A program made the position numbers and the translations under genes. From Azolla caroliniana (lineage: Eukaryota; Plantae; Polypodiophyta), in the NCBI GenBank assembly GCA_043228905.1, contig JBHGNT010000010.1, positions 9,982,001-10,046,000 on the forward strand: a stretch of 64,000 bases of DNA, given 5' to 3'. Shown here in pieces: positions 28,022 to 40,800 of the stretch (the stretch's first letter is position 1; every line of letters begins with the position of its first letter). The notes under the pieces were generated by a model. That model did no database searches. It saw nothing but the letters and a program-made list of their open reading frames with translations, and was not told where the DNA came from.

Positions 28022-29309
28022 TTTGTTCTATGCTCGCTAAGTAGTGTATTCAATTTTGTGTGAGAAACAAATGCGCACAAAGACCCCTTGGAGAGTAAAA
28101 CTCCAAGCGAAAAACATTCCAACCATTTTTCCAATTGTTAGGTAGTTTAAATATTCAAAAACTCTGTTGAAATAATCAACCATTTCTCCAAGTCGGCATA
28201 GATACACACCTTTGGGACACACGAAGCATGTGAAGGTTGCCTGAGTGGAAACCATAATTGTCCAATATGGATGGAAAATATGTCAACTATAATGCATTTA
28301 TCTAAATCTTGATGGAGTGGTCGCTTAACATGTCACGATCAAAGTAATCATTTTGATAGAAATATCCAAAGCTTATAATAAAGTTGTTGGTATTGTTGGA
28401 CTCTTGGAGATGCTTTCTCCTCCTTAGAGAACACGTACCCTTTGATCACATGATCCATAACTTTTTGATATTGAAATATTTTTAGAGAGAGAAAACAACT
28501 ATTTTCTTATGCTATACATATTTATGCCTTAAACCCTCAATAATTAACTCCCTATGATTGGAATAGGAAATTTTCCATAAATTCCTTTCATGTGTTTGGA
28601 GCGTAATCTCCATATGTTTGTTTTTTTATCGTGTTTTGATTAACATAACTTCCCACACATTAAGAACAAAGAAAATGTAGATTATTCTTTGTTTCAAAGT
28701 GGGACATTTGTTTTTGTCATGAGAACAAAATAACATGGACAAAACGAAATGTCGTCATTAACAAGTTAGATGTCTTTTTTTGTTGGTGGCTAAAAGCTCT
28801 TAAGAGAAATGAGTGGATCTCAAAGGGTTTAAGGTCAATATAAACGTCATTTAATAAGGATAAACCCTAATACAATAATTCTATTTGGTTAGATCCCAAT
28901 ATACAATTGAGTGTTTCATAAATGAGATTAAGGGTGGATACATCCAGTATGAGAGATTGAGATATTGGGAAAGAAAGAGATTCTCAATTTTTGGTACAGT
29001 CGACGACCAAATTGTCTTGTCATTGTAGGTCTCCTACACGCCACGCCCTCTTGGTTTGTCATCCGTCACCACTTGTCCCCGACACTCAACTTTTGAAAAT
29101 GTGAATTATTCATTTCATTGTATAGAATTCTACTTGTATATATTATGTATAATTTAGGTCACCTTTCTTCCCTCATCATACATTACTAGATTCTTACACT
29201 TGTATGTTATCATCATAAGGGTTAATTCTAGCCAATTGACCTATATCTTTTTATTGGTATTAATCTATCAAGATTCAACTCACCCTTGTTATTTATTTGA
29301 CAATGATCA

Positions 29310-32300
29310 TGTTGAGATATCAAGCTCAACTTAGTTTAGTCGTTTTGTCAACACACGTAACTTGGGAGTTACCTAGATAGAATCTAGTTAGTGTGTTGAC
29401 CTTAAAGCCTTCAATAGGATTTTGTACTTGAGTGGGATACATTGTAGATCCTCCACTCCCATGTTCATTTAATATAGGACTTACACCTTTGTACCTATAT
29501 TCTTCTAACACATGTGCACCTTTGCACATGAGATGTATATATATCTCATTGTGGGTATTTTTTGTATTTGATGATGCTTTTTAATCATCCCGCATTTATA
29601 TTATTGTTCATAAGTGTAACTTCCTCTCACACACATACCCACACATATCACATAATTTTCTACTTAACTACGCACATAATTAGTCACTAATTAACCCTTG
29701 CTTAATTACCTAATTATTAACATGGTATCAGAGCGTGTGGTTTAACACATCCACTAAGCCCACCCGACTCTTCGTGATTGTGTGTTTGAAACGCCGACGA
29801 CAAATTCCGATTATCTACTACCGTAGTGCCGCTATGTGGCGTGTGTACGTGATCGAAGGAAGAAAAGTGAAAAATGAAGACACTACATCAACATGAACAC
29901 ACAAATGGGTAGCTCGCTCCCTAATGAAAAGTTAGACCGGAGCAATTATTCATCTTGGGAGTATAAGATGAACCAATACCTAGTCGGCCAAGGGTATTGG
30001 AGCTACATCAACGGCGCACTCGAAAACAAACCCGACATTACACACACCAACTACCCAACGTGGGAGCAAGGAGCGAGTCGAGTAATGTATTGCTTGGCAA
30101 CATGTGTCCACGATCACATGCTTAGCCACATTCGAGACGCTAAGACGCCTAAAGAGGCATGGGAAAACTTGAAGAAGATGTTTGCCGCCAACGCGATCGC
30201 TCGCAAGCTTCAACTCCGACAAGAGTTAAACAACATCCGACAAAAATACATGTTTGTGTTGGACTACACCGCCAAGATCAAGAGCATTTGCGACTCGCTT
30301 GGCTCCATCAACATAAACGTCAACGAAGACGAGATGGTTCACGTATGCTTGGGCGGCCTTGCACAACGATTCGACTCGTTAATAACGACTATCCTAGCGA
30401 GGGAAAATCCTCATTTGTTCTTCGACCTTGAATCAATGCTATTGGTTGAAGAAAACCACGTCCGAACCAAGACCAAGACGTCGCAAGGACAAATGTTCTT
30501 CTCAAATTCGGATGGTGGCCAAGGAAGAGGTCGAGGCGGTAGAAGAGGTTGATTCGACCCATCACATGAAGGGAGCTCAAACCTTTGACAACAAGATGGA
30601 AGCCATTGAGGAACCTTCGAAAAGAGAGGAAGCTTCCATGCCGAACAAGGTCGGCAAACGAGGCCCGTCACTTGCAACTATTGTGGCAAAATCGGCCACC
30701 GCGAAGACGAGTGTCAGAAGAAGTGAGTCGGCTTCAACAAGCTGACAACTCACAAACTACACCACCAACTCCGAATACGTCGACTACGGTGGACTATTCG
30801 TAATGAGACATAGAGTGAACTCTATGACAACCTCCGACTCCACAAGCACCTCCAACTCAGAAGACGTGTGGTTCGTCCACTCTAGCGCCTCACATCATAT
30901 GACATCACACCAAGAGTGGTTTTGTGACTTAAGAATGCCGGATTGACCCAGCTTCATAGAGACGGAAGACAACACCACACATCCCATTCAGCACATCGGC
31001 AACGTTCCATTCGGCAACGATGGCCAAAACAATTGCATCAAGAATGTCTTGCACGTGCCCACAATAACAAAGAATTTGGTCTCGGTCGGCCAAATCGTGG
31101 AGCAAGGCATGCAAGTTCGTTTCAACAACGAAGGATGCTTCATTGAGAAAGATGATCGACTAATAGCTAAAGGACGGAGAGATGGTCGAATGTTCATTTT
31201 GATTCGAACGAGGTGAAATTGGCCATGTATGCCAAAGGTCTCAAAACCGAGACAAGCAACGAGTTGTAGCATAAGAGAATCGGTCACATAAACCTCCAAC
31301 GGCTCCGAGCGATGCAATCAAAGGGAGTCGTCATTGGACTTTCGGCATTCAAGTCGACCGAGTATGCGAAGCATGTCAACTCGGCAAACAACATCGACTC
31401 CCATTCCCGAAGGAGAGCTATGCAAGCAAAGGGAGTGCTCTCCCACTTCCAAAAGCTCAAGGGCCAAGTCAAAAAAGAAATCGGTCAAGACATTCAATGC
31501 CTACGATCGGATGGAGGAAAGGAGTACTTCTCCAACGAATTCATCTCCTTCCTCCAAGGTGAAGGCATTCGGAGAGAATTCTCGTGCCGACACATGCACC
31601 AACAAAATGGAGTCGCCGAAAGGAAGAATCGACACATACTCGAGGTAGCATGCACCATGATGCATGAGAAGCACATGTCAAACTTCTATTGGGCCAAAGA
31701 AGCATCAACGGCCGTCTATCTCATGAATCGATGCACCACTAATGGAATGCATGAGCTAACCCCATACGAGCTCCTTGTCGAAAGGAAGTCGATCCTGTCG
31801 CACCTCAAGGTGTTCAGAAGCATTGCGAATGTACGCATCCCGAACGAAAACCGACAAAAGCCCGTTGCCCAATGCAAAGTCGAAAAAATGTATCCTTGTA
31901 GGATACTCGTCCGAGAAGAAGGCATACAAGTGCTATAACGCTTCGACCCAAGCGGTTCAGGTGAGTCGAGACGTAGTCTTCGACGAATCGGCATCATGGT
32001 ATAAGCCCAATTCGGCTCCACCCGACTCGACCAAGGAAGAGTTGAATGACAACTCGGAGGACGATATTCGGCCAAGTCCTTCACAAAAGGACTGTCCAAG
32101 CTCTACCGAGCTAAGTGAAACACTTGAGCCTTCAAGCGCCCAAAGGACAAAGGCAAAGGTAAGATGCCTGAATACGAAGTCGATCACCCCGATGACAATG
32201 ATTTGAATGTGTCGACTAGACAGTGAGTTTGGTGTGCCCATTACGTGGACACCCGGAGTAAAGAAGGAGCTCACATTGGCAAGCGAAAAACTTCGACACT

Positions 32301-32954
32301 TATCTAGAGAGAAGAACCTTGTCGCTTGGCTCGGCTACAACGAGTATATGGCCTATCATTATGCCTTCGCGATGAAGGCCCGAGTGCCCAAGAGCCTGAA
32401 AGCTCGTGGCCCATGATGGGTGGAAGCAGTCGGCCTTCGCCCATTTAATACAAGCCTTCGTCATTGGATTGCGGGGAAGGAACCAAGACTGTCTCGAAAA
32501 GACCGAAGAAAGACGAAGGCCGAAGGAAGCCGACGAAAGCCAAAGCAGACGTTGGACACCTCACACTTGAGCTTGAGGGGGCGTGTTGAGATATCAAGCT
32601 CAACTTAGTTTAGTCGTTTAGTCAACACACGTAACTTGGGAGTTACCTAGATAGAATCTAGTTAGTGTGTTGACCTTAAAACCTTAAATAAGATTTTGTA
32701 CTTGAGTGGGATACATTGTAGATCCTCCACTCCCATGTTCATTTAATATAGGACTTACACCTTTGTACCTATATTCTACTAACACATGTGCACCTTTGCA
32801 CATGAGATGTATATATACCTCATTGTGGGTATTTTTTGTATTTGATGATGCTTTTTAATATAGTTAATCATCCCCCATTTATATTATTGTTCATAAGTGT
32901 AACTTCCTCTCTCTCTCTTCCTCTCTCACACATACCCACACATACCACATAACC
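29310..32954 (+). mobile_element. Ty1/copia element (copia-2) with two LTRs, decayed gag-PR-IN and no RT/RNase H
   Basis: LTRs 29310-29722 and 32584-~32954 (high identity; 3' copy lacks ~70 bp near its end); PBS TGGTATCAGAGC at 29723; gag ORF 29893-30552; IN RSDGGKEY/QQNGVAERKNR; ends LSLRGRV with PPT GAGGGGGCG; flanks GATCA/TATCA. Confidence 0.92.
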
Positions 32955-35900
32955 TATCATAAGCTAAGTTTCAAACACTTTTTGCCTCTATACACACCGC
33001 ATCACATGACCCAAAAATATTAAGTTGGGGGGATGTTAAGTGCATGCCCTACGTGTCATTGCTAATGAGGACCTGTAATTGAATATAAAGGTCAATTTTT
33101 TGCTTTTTTAGAGCTTCCTCTCAAACATAAGGATTTATGCAATAACTTTTCTCTCTCCCTCTTTCACTTTACTTGAGATTAGTGTTAACTGCATGTTTGA
33201 AGCCAAGCAAATCTTTTTGTATTTGTTTGGGGTGTTTGTTCATTAATTGAAGCATGATTAGCTTGTTAGTGTACATTCTTATATGTTATTAATTGCAAGT
33301 TAATACTTAAGGTCTAATTGAGGCATTAGCTAACTCTTGGTTAAGAAACCCATGCAGGAGAGGAAAAGGAAACATTTGTACAAATCATGGTATATGTGTG
33401 CTAGTAGCTCATGAGTGTGTGATGACCACTCACACTTATTTTGCCAACAAAAGGGTACATATAAAACAATCCATCCCTGTCATATGATTTTGGCAAGAGA
33501 GAGAAACTTTGACTGAAATGAATATGTGCATTGTGACGCACCTCGAGACGATATAATACACTATACAATATTGATTACATCATATAATTTTGTACACACA
33601 TAAATTTGATCACACCATATAATATAGATGACACATGCAAATGATTTACACTTGGAATTTCCCCTTTTGAGAATGTAGAGTGCATGTGGATGGTTTACAC
33701 TAGCTTGTTCTATTTGTCACATATGTATGTTCATACATAGTATTGTACTTACATGTAAATGTGTATTTAGTTGAGAAATTGTAGATATGTGTTTGTGTAA
33801 CACGATGTCGTGTTGTTTCGCTTTCGCGTGGGAAATAAGACGGGACCGTGGGGGCCCTAAACCGAGGAGCAAGAGAAAGAAAGGGGAGAACGGGGGGGGG
33901 GGGGGGGGGGGGGAGCACGCAAGCGTAGGGCTGGTTAGGCCTGTCGCAACCAACAATGCTCACCGGCCGAATGAACCACCAACGCGTATACCGACTGAAC
34001 AAGGAGGACGCTCGTGGAAAGGAAAAGAAAAGGGAGACTCACAAGAACACAGATAGACGAGAACAGGAGATTCAATTACATAAATAGTAACGATTACAGT
34101 GTTTGCAAGATTACAGCCGGCTAGTCAACGACAAACACGACCCTGACAGTCGTTCACCCACACACCCACACAGTAGAGCCTTGGCGGAAGGCACACGACA
34201 TTCCTCGAAGCAGAGGCAACGAACACAGAATCCTGCAGAGAACAACGAAGGAGGAGAGAGCTTGGTTCCCAGTTCGACAACACCTCGACCTTGCCCAAAA
34301 ACGCGATACCCTGTTAGTCTTCTTCCCGTCCCTTTTATAGGTCGTTGGGGAGGGACCGTTACACCCCGGTCAAATCACTTTTATTCTCTGTCCCTTCGGA
34401 CAGAGATCCTTCGATTCACTAGCCTATTAATAATCTTCCTAGGATATTTTCATCAGCCTACCTATTCCTAATTACGTATCCTTTATCAATACTTGTGCCC
34501 GTGCGTAGGGCCGGTTCACGCGCCTTTTTCACCGATTCTGCCTAAGGCCGGTTTTCTTCACGACATCCACCCCCACCAAACCGTGCATCCACCGGCATGC
34601 GCCAGAGAGGGACAAATGCTGGAGAAAACCGGCTCGCGTTTACCCGTCGCATTCCGAAACTTCATCCTCTCCGTGCCGGTTGTCATTGTTGCCCTCACTT
34701 CCCTGGTTCGGCTTGTCTTCATGCCGTTACTTAATGGCCTTGATCCTCTTCCCGGCAACCGGTACCGCTAACCACGCCCCGTTGAGCTCTGCTAGGTGGT
34801 AAGTATCGTTACCGTTTGCGCTTGTTACGGCGTAGGGCCTGAACCACCTCCTCGCAAACTTCCTCGTCGCCTTGTGTTGATTGTCGAGGCTGTTGTCGTA
34901 AACCAGCACCCAGTCGCCTTCCTCGATCTTCTTCGGCCGTAGCCAGTGTGTTCGATCGAACCGACCTTTGTTCCTTTCCCTCGCCGCATGTAGCTTAGCC
35001 TTTGCCCGCTCCACGTCCTCCGGTCTTCGCTCGAGCTATCGAATCTGCGCCGCCAGTAGATCTTCCTGGCTCATCTCGTCTCTCCAGTCCACCGCGGCCC
35101 ATGAGGAGATCGTCCGTTCAATTGACATGACCGGCTTCTGCCCGTGCATCAGCTTTGCCTGCATGAACCCAGTCACCGAATTATGCATAGTTTCGTCTGC
35201 CCATAACGCGTAAGGCAGAAGTCGCGGCCAGTTCCCAACTTGCCCCCCGCATGCCCGCACCAACGCTTTTACGATCAACTCGTGCCCGCACTCCACCTTC
35301 CCATTAGCCTCTCGGTTGTACGCCGTAGTGAGGGAGAGCTTAACCCCTAGACATCCAAACAACTCTTCTGCTTCCTACGCATCCAGCTCTCCTCGGTCAG
35401 CCACAATCTTCCCTACACACCCATACCGGCATACCACCTCTTCCATCAAGAACCGACACACAACTGCAGTCGTCTTGTTCAGGAATGCACGACCCTCCAC
35501 GTGATACATCAAGTCCTCTCGCGCAAGCACCAGGTACCGCATCTGCCCTACCTCCATCGGCATCGTCACTAAGTCCACCATCCACTTGAAATGGACGGTC
35601 GACGGGTAGGTCGGGTGCAACTCGTCTTGATGTCTGATCGCGGAGTGCATTTGGCAGCTCTCGCATGTTGTTACGAATTGGTGCATGTCCTGGTACAGCC
35701 CCGACCACCAATACTTCTCCTTTAGCTTTTCGAATGTGGCCCATGTCCCGCGGTGCCCGACCCAAGGACTCTCGTGATACGCTGACAGCAACGCCTCTTG
35801 CTCTTCCTTCCTTGCCACTACCTAGAGCGGAATGCTGCCTCTCTTTTTCGGGAGCTTCCATATGTCCCCTTCCCGTAGGAAGAACCAGTACGCCTTCTTC

Positions 35901-37031
35901 TGCATCCGGCTAGCCTCTTCCCTTGTCCATGCCACGTCCGGCGCCATTGTTTTCAGGAACCTGCCGATCTGGAGCCACTCCCTGTCGTACTCCCCCTCGT
36001 TGAACTCGTTAAGTGCCGGAGTGCTCCCCACCCTTGTCGTCACGTACGCCGACTCGAAGAAGTCTACGCCGACTTCTACGTCCTTAGAAACCATGTTGTC
36101 CTCATCGTCGAACCGTGCTCTAGAAAGCATGTCAGCCATGGCGTTGTCTTTACCGGCGATATGGCGTATCTCCGGGTTCAGAGACTTAATGTACGTGATC
36201 CACCTGAGCATTGCCAGGTCTGGCGTCGTGCATCCGGAAACCATACCAAGGATCGGTAGGCAGTCCGTCTCAATTATCACCTCTGTCCCGATCAGGTAGT
36301 CTCTGTCGGCCTTGACTACCGAGACGATACCCCAAAGTTCGCATTTAACTTGGGCCTATCCTCGTTGTCGCTCACGCAACACCTTCGATCCGAACCGGAT
36401 GGGGAACCTCGTGCCAGTTTTGTCCTCCTGGTTGACCACCCATCCTATCCCGGCCGGGCTCGTGTCTACTATAACGTAAATCGGGACGTCCTTGCCGTAA
36501 ACCGCTTTCCGGAGCGCCGGTGCCACGGTTAGTGCCCCCTTTAGTCCACGAACCGACTCTGCATGCTCCTTGCCCCACTCGAATTTGCGCCCCTTCCTTA
36601 GCAACCCGTAGAGCGGCTTTGCGACGTGCGCGTAATGCGGAATCCAGATATGGTAGAACGCGCATGCACCCAAGAACCTCCACACCTCCGTAACCAACTT
36701 GCATTCTTCCTTCATTACGGAGATGGCCTCTATCTTCGCGGGAGACGGTTTCCGGCCGTAACGCCCGCACAAGTGTCCAACCACTAGGATCTCCAGCAGC
36801 CCGAAAGCTGACTTCTCTCCAGAGAAGGTAAGCCGTTGTCGTGAAAATCCGTCCTTATGTGCGGATCGCGAGGCGGAACCGCCGGGGTTCTGGAGTAGAA
36901 GGATTTAGTGCAACACGTACAACACAAGCAAAATTCACATATAAGACGAGTATAAGAAAATAAATTCTTTTATATTTCAAGAATCTTGTTACAACGGGTT
37001 GGAGATGAAAATGAGAGATAAATTTTTTTAA

Positions 37032-37380
37032 AGAAAGGAGCCAACAACCATGTAAGGAGTGGTCCGATATGAATAAGAGAGATTATTCTTGAAAGGAAGG
37101 AGCCAACAACCATGTAAGGAGTGGTCCGATATGAATAAGAGAGATTATTCTTGAAAGGAAGGAGCCAACAACCATGTAAGGAGTGGTCCGATATGAATAA
37201 GAGAGATTATTCTTGAAAGGAAGGAGCCAACAACCATGTAAGGAGTGGTCCGATATGAATAAGAGAGATTATTCTTGAAAGGAAGGAGCCAACAACCATG
37301 TAAGGAGTGGTCCGATATGAATAAGAGAGATTATTCTTGAAAGGAAGGAGCCAACAACCATGTAAGGAGTGGTCCGATAT
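37032..37380. repeat. 62-bp tandem array (~5.6 copies) in the 3' LTR of gypsy B
   Basis: AAGGAGCCAACAACCATGTAAGGAGTGGTCCGATATGAATAAGAGAGATTATTCTTGAAAGG; CCAAC anchors at 37041, 37103, 37165, 37227, 37289, 37351. Confidence 0.95.
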
Positions 37381-37852
37381 CAATATGATAGAGATTTCTT
37401 CCCCATGGACTGGGAGAGAGAAGAAGAAGGTAAAAAAAAAAGTAGAGGCTAAAAAATGGAACATATATTCAACTCTTTGTTGATCCTCCTCCCCCAATGT
37501 TACTTTGCATGTCCACTTTTAGTTGCATGGCCTCTATTTTTAGTTGCATGCCTTTTACTTTTAGTTGCATGGCCTTGGCTTTTAGTTGCATGTGACCGTC
37601 CGTATAATTTGGCCAAATGACCCAATCATCCGTAAAGTTTAGCCCGTGTGCAATCCGTACGTGCGTCGCAACCAAACTGTAGACGTGTTCGTGCGCAAAA
37701 GTCCCGATCGCGCAATGTACGCATTGACCGCACCGTGTACGCATTCGGGCGCTCGTCCGCACACACGCATCCGTCTGAAACATCCATGCGGCCGTGCACG
37801 CATCTGCGCGCAAAAGTCTCGACTGCGCCGCAGTGTACGCATCCACACATGC

Positions 37853-40800
37853 TGTTGGGATTACGGTCCCTCCAGATGGGATGGTCGGATGTCCGGGAAT
37901 CGGGAATGAAGACCCGAATGAGGAGTACCCGGTATCGGAGCCGGATGATGAAGACCCGGTTCCGGAGCCGGATGATGAAGACCCGGTTCCGGATCCGGAT
38001 GATGAAGACCCGGTTCCGGATCCGGATGACGAATGTACCCGGAGAGAGATCCGGATGCGGGGACATATTTGTGAATATGTTTGCCAAGGGCCCTTGAGGC
38101 TATATTTGTAAATAGCCCGAAAGTCATATGTGTATAAATATGACTTAGGGCAAACAGTTTTGAGTTGTTACTCATTTTTCTGTTTTCCACTTAGAGAGAG
38201 TGAGAGAGAGAGAGAGAAAGGAAGAGGTCGACGCCTCTGTGTAATACCGCCGCCGGTGGCGAGGACAGCGAGCTCAAGGTCGTCGCCTTGCAACTCGTCA
38301 TTGTACATTCCCTGCGTATAGTGATAGTTGGAGTCTTGGACTCCCGTGGTTTTTTCCCGTCTAGGGTTTTCCACGCTAAACCCTGTGCATTCGAGTCTCT
38401 CTCTGTGTTTTCGATTTTCTGCTGCATTGATTCGTGTTTCCTCGGTTGTGGTCGAGAGGTGAAGGTTTTGAAAGCGTCAATTCCTAACAATCTGGTATCA
38501 GAGCGACTGCAGTGCAGAAAATGGAAGGCGGCAGCAGCGGGCAGCCGGGGATGATAGTGCTGAATGCGCAGAACTACGCCGACTGGAAGATAAAGATGGA
38601 GGATCTGCTCATTGTTCGGGACCTGTATGAACCGATCGACAGGTCGGAAATACCCAAGGGGGTACTTGAGATGGAATGGAGGCTTCTGAACCGGAAAGCC
38701 GTCGCAACCATTCGGCAATACGTCGACGTGAGCGTTCTACAACATGTGGCGAACGACACCAATGCATATGAGATGTGGCAGAAGCTGTCGGGCCTCTACG
38801 AGAGGAAGAATGCGTTGAACCGGACCTCCCTGATGAGGAAGATAGTGAACCTCAAGTATCGGGACGGCGAGAGTATGGTGGAACACGTAAGCACGTTCAT
38901 GGGATTCGTGAACCAGCTTGCGGCGATCAAGTTCCCGTTGGAGGACGCAATGCAAGCCATCATCCTGATGTGTACATTGCCGGCAAGCTGGGAGAACTTG
39001 GTGGTGACTCTCAGCACCTCATGCACCGAAGATAACTTGTCCCTACAAACGGTAAAGACAAGCATTTTGAACGAAGAAGCGCGTCGGAGAGATAAAGAAC
39101 CGGCCTCCGATCCGAAGATGCTGCTTACCGAATCGGATCGAGGAAGACAACGGAACCGGAGTCCGCAAAGACGGGAGAAGTCGGGGACCCGGTCGCAGTC
39201 AAGAGGAAGGCCCACATGCTTCCACTGTGGGAAGCCGAGGCACTTCCGAAAGAATTGTCGGCATTACCGAAAAGACAACGGAGCCGACGACACCGATTCG
39301 AAGAAGTCTTCGAAACGGAACGGTGCTTACCGGGGAGCCACGGACCGGAATGGTTCGGATCGGCGAGAGCAGGACCGGAAAGGAACGACGGCACTCGCGG
39401 CAAGTGAAGAGGAGATCATGCTCATCACCGAAGAAGGTGAACTAAACATTGCCGGCGATGAGACTACCTGGGTGGTTGATTCCGGAGCGTCGTTCCACCT
39501 GACCCCGGAAAGAAGATACTTCTCATCCTACACAGCCGGTGAGCATGGCTGTGTTCGGATGGGAAATGAAGGTACGTGCCGGATTGCCGGCATAGGAGAC
39601 GTGTGGTTGACAACCTCGACCGGATGCAAAATGTTGCTGAAGGATGTCCGACACGTTCCGGAGGTTCGATTGAACCTGATTTCGGCCGGGAGGCTAGACG
39701 ATGAAGGCTACACAGGTAGCATCCGGAACGGCGTAATGAAGTTCAGCAAGGGGAGCCTAATAGTGGCTCGGGCCCGGAAAGTCAACACACTGTACCTTAT
39801 GAATGCCTGGTTGTATCCGGAGGAGTTGAACGTGGCAGCCGACACTGCCGGTGAGCTGTGGCACAAGAGACTGTGCCACATGAGTGAGAAGGGGATGAAG
39901 AGGCTTGCAGAAGACAACCTTATTCCAGTGAAGCATGTGCACCTGGAGAAGTGCACCGATTGCCTGGCCGGTAAGCAGAACCGAACCTCCTTCCACTCAA
40001 GGCCACCGACGAGACGTAGCGCACCATTGGAGTTGGTGCACACTGACGTGTGTCAAGTAGAAACGAAGTCACATGGCGGAGCCCAGTACTTCGTGACATT
40101 CATTGATGACCACAGCCGGAAGCTGTGGATGGCACCGTTGAAGACAAAGGACCAAGTGTTGTGCGTCTTCAAAGAACTCCACGCGAGAGTGGAAAGGGAA
40201 TCCGGCAAGAAGCTGAAAGCGATACGAGCGGATAACGGAGGGGAATACCGGGGGCAGTTCGAGGAGTATTGTCGCTCGAAGGGAATCCGGCTCGAGTTTA
40301 CTGTGCCGAAGACGCCGAATCTGAACGGGCTGGCCGAGAGGATGAACCGGACCATAATGGAGAGGGTCCGGAGTATGCTGGCGCATGCGAAATTACCCAA
40401 GGGGTTTTGGGCTGAGGCAATGTCGACGGCGACATACGTGATAAACAGATCACCCTCAGTACCTTTGGACGGAGACACGCCGCAGAGAGTGTGGACCGGT
40501 AGGGAAGCATCCTACCGGCATCTGAAGGTGTTCGGGTGTCTCGTATATGTGCATGTGGCAAAGGACCGGAGAGGAAAGCTAGATCCAAAGACCCGGCCAT
40601 GCATATTCCTCGGTTACGGCGATGACGAGTTCGGCTACCGTGTATGGGACCCGGTCGACAAAAAGATATTCCGGAGTCGTGATATCATCTTCATGGAGGA
40701 CAAGACACTCGCCGACTGGGAGTCGGAGAAGAAGATGAAGAGCTCCAAGTCGACTAGTGAGGATCAACTCTACGAGGAGCAGTCCCGACCGGCAAGGGAC

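Noticed and set aside
28037-28255. Upstream ASHH2 exon or small gene
   Set aside because: No recognisable homology and no splice chain I could support.
37032-37380. CRISPR-like regular repeat array
   Set aside because: Units are contiguous with no unique spacers, occur in both LTRs of one retrotransposon, and no cas genes are present.
37794-38111. PDDEDPV or MMKTRFR repeat proteins (also 42549-42837)
   Set aside because: Translations of the 27-bp LTR repeat; open in several frames because the unit is a multiple of three.
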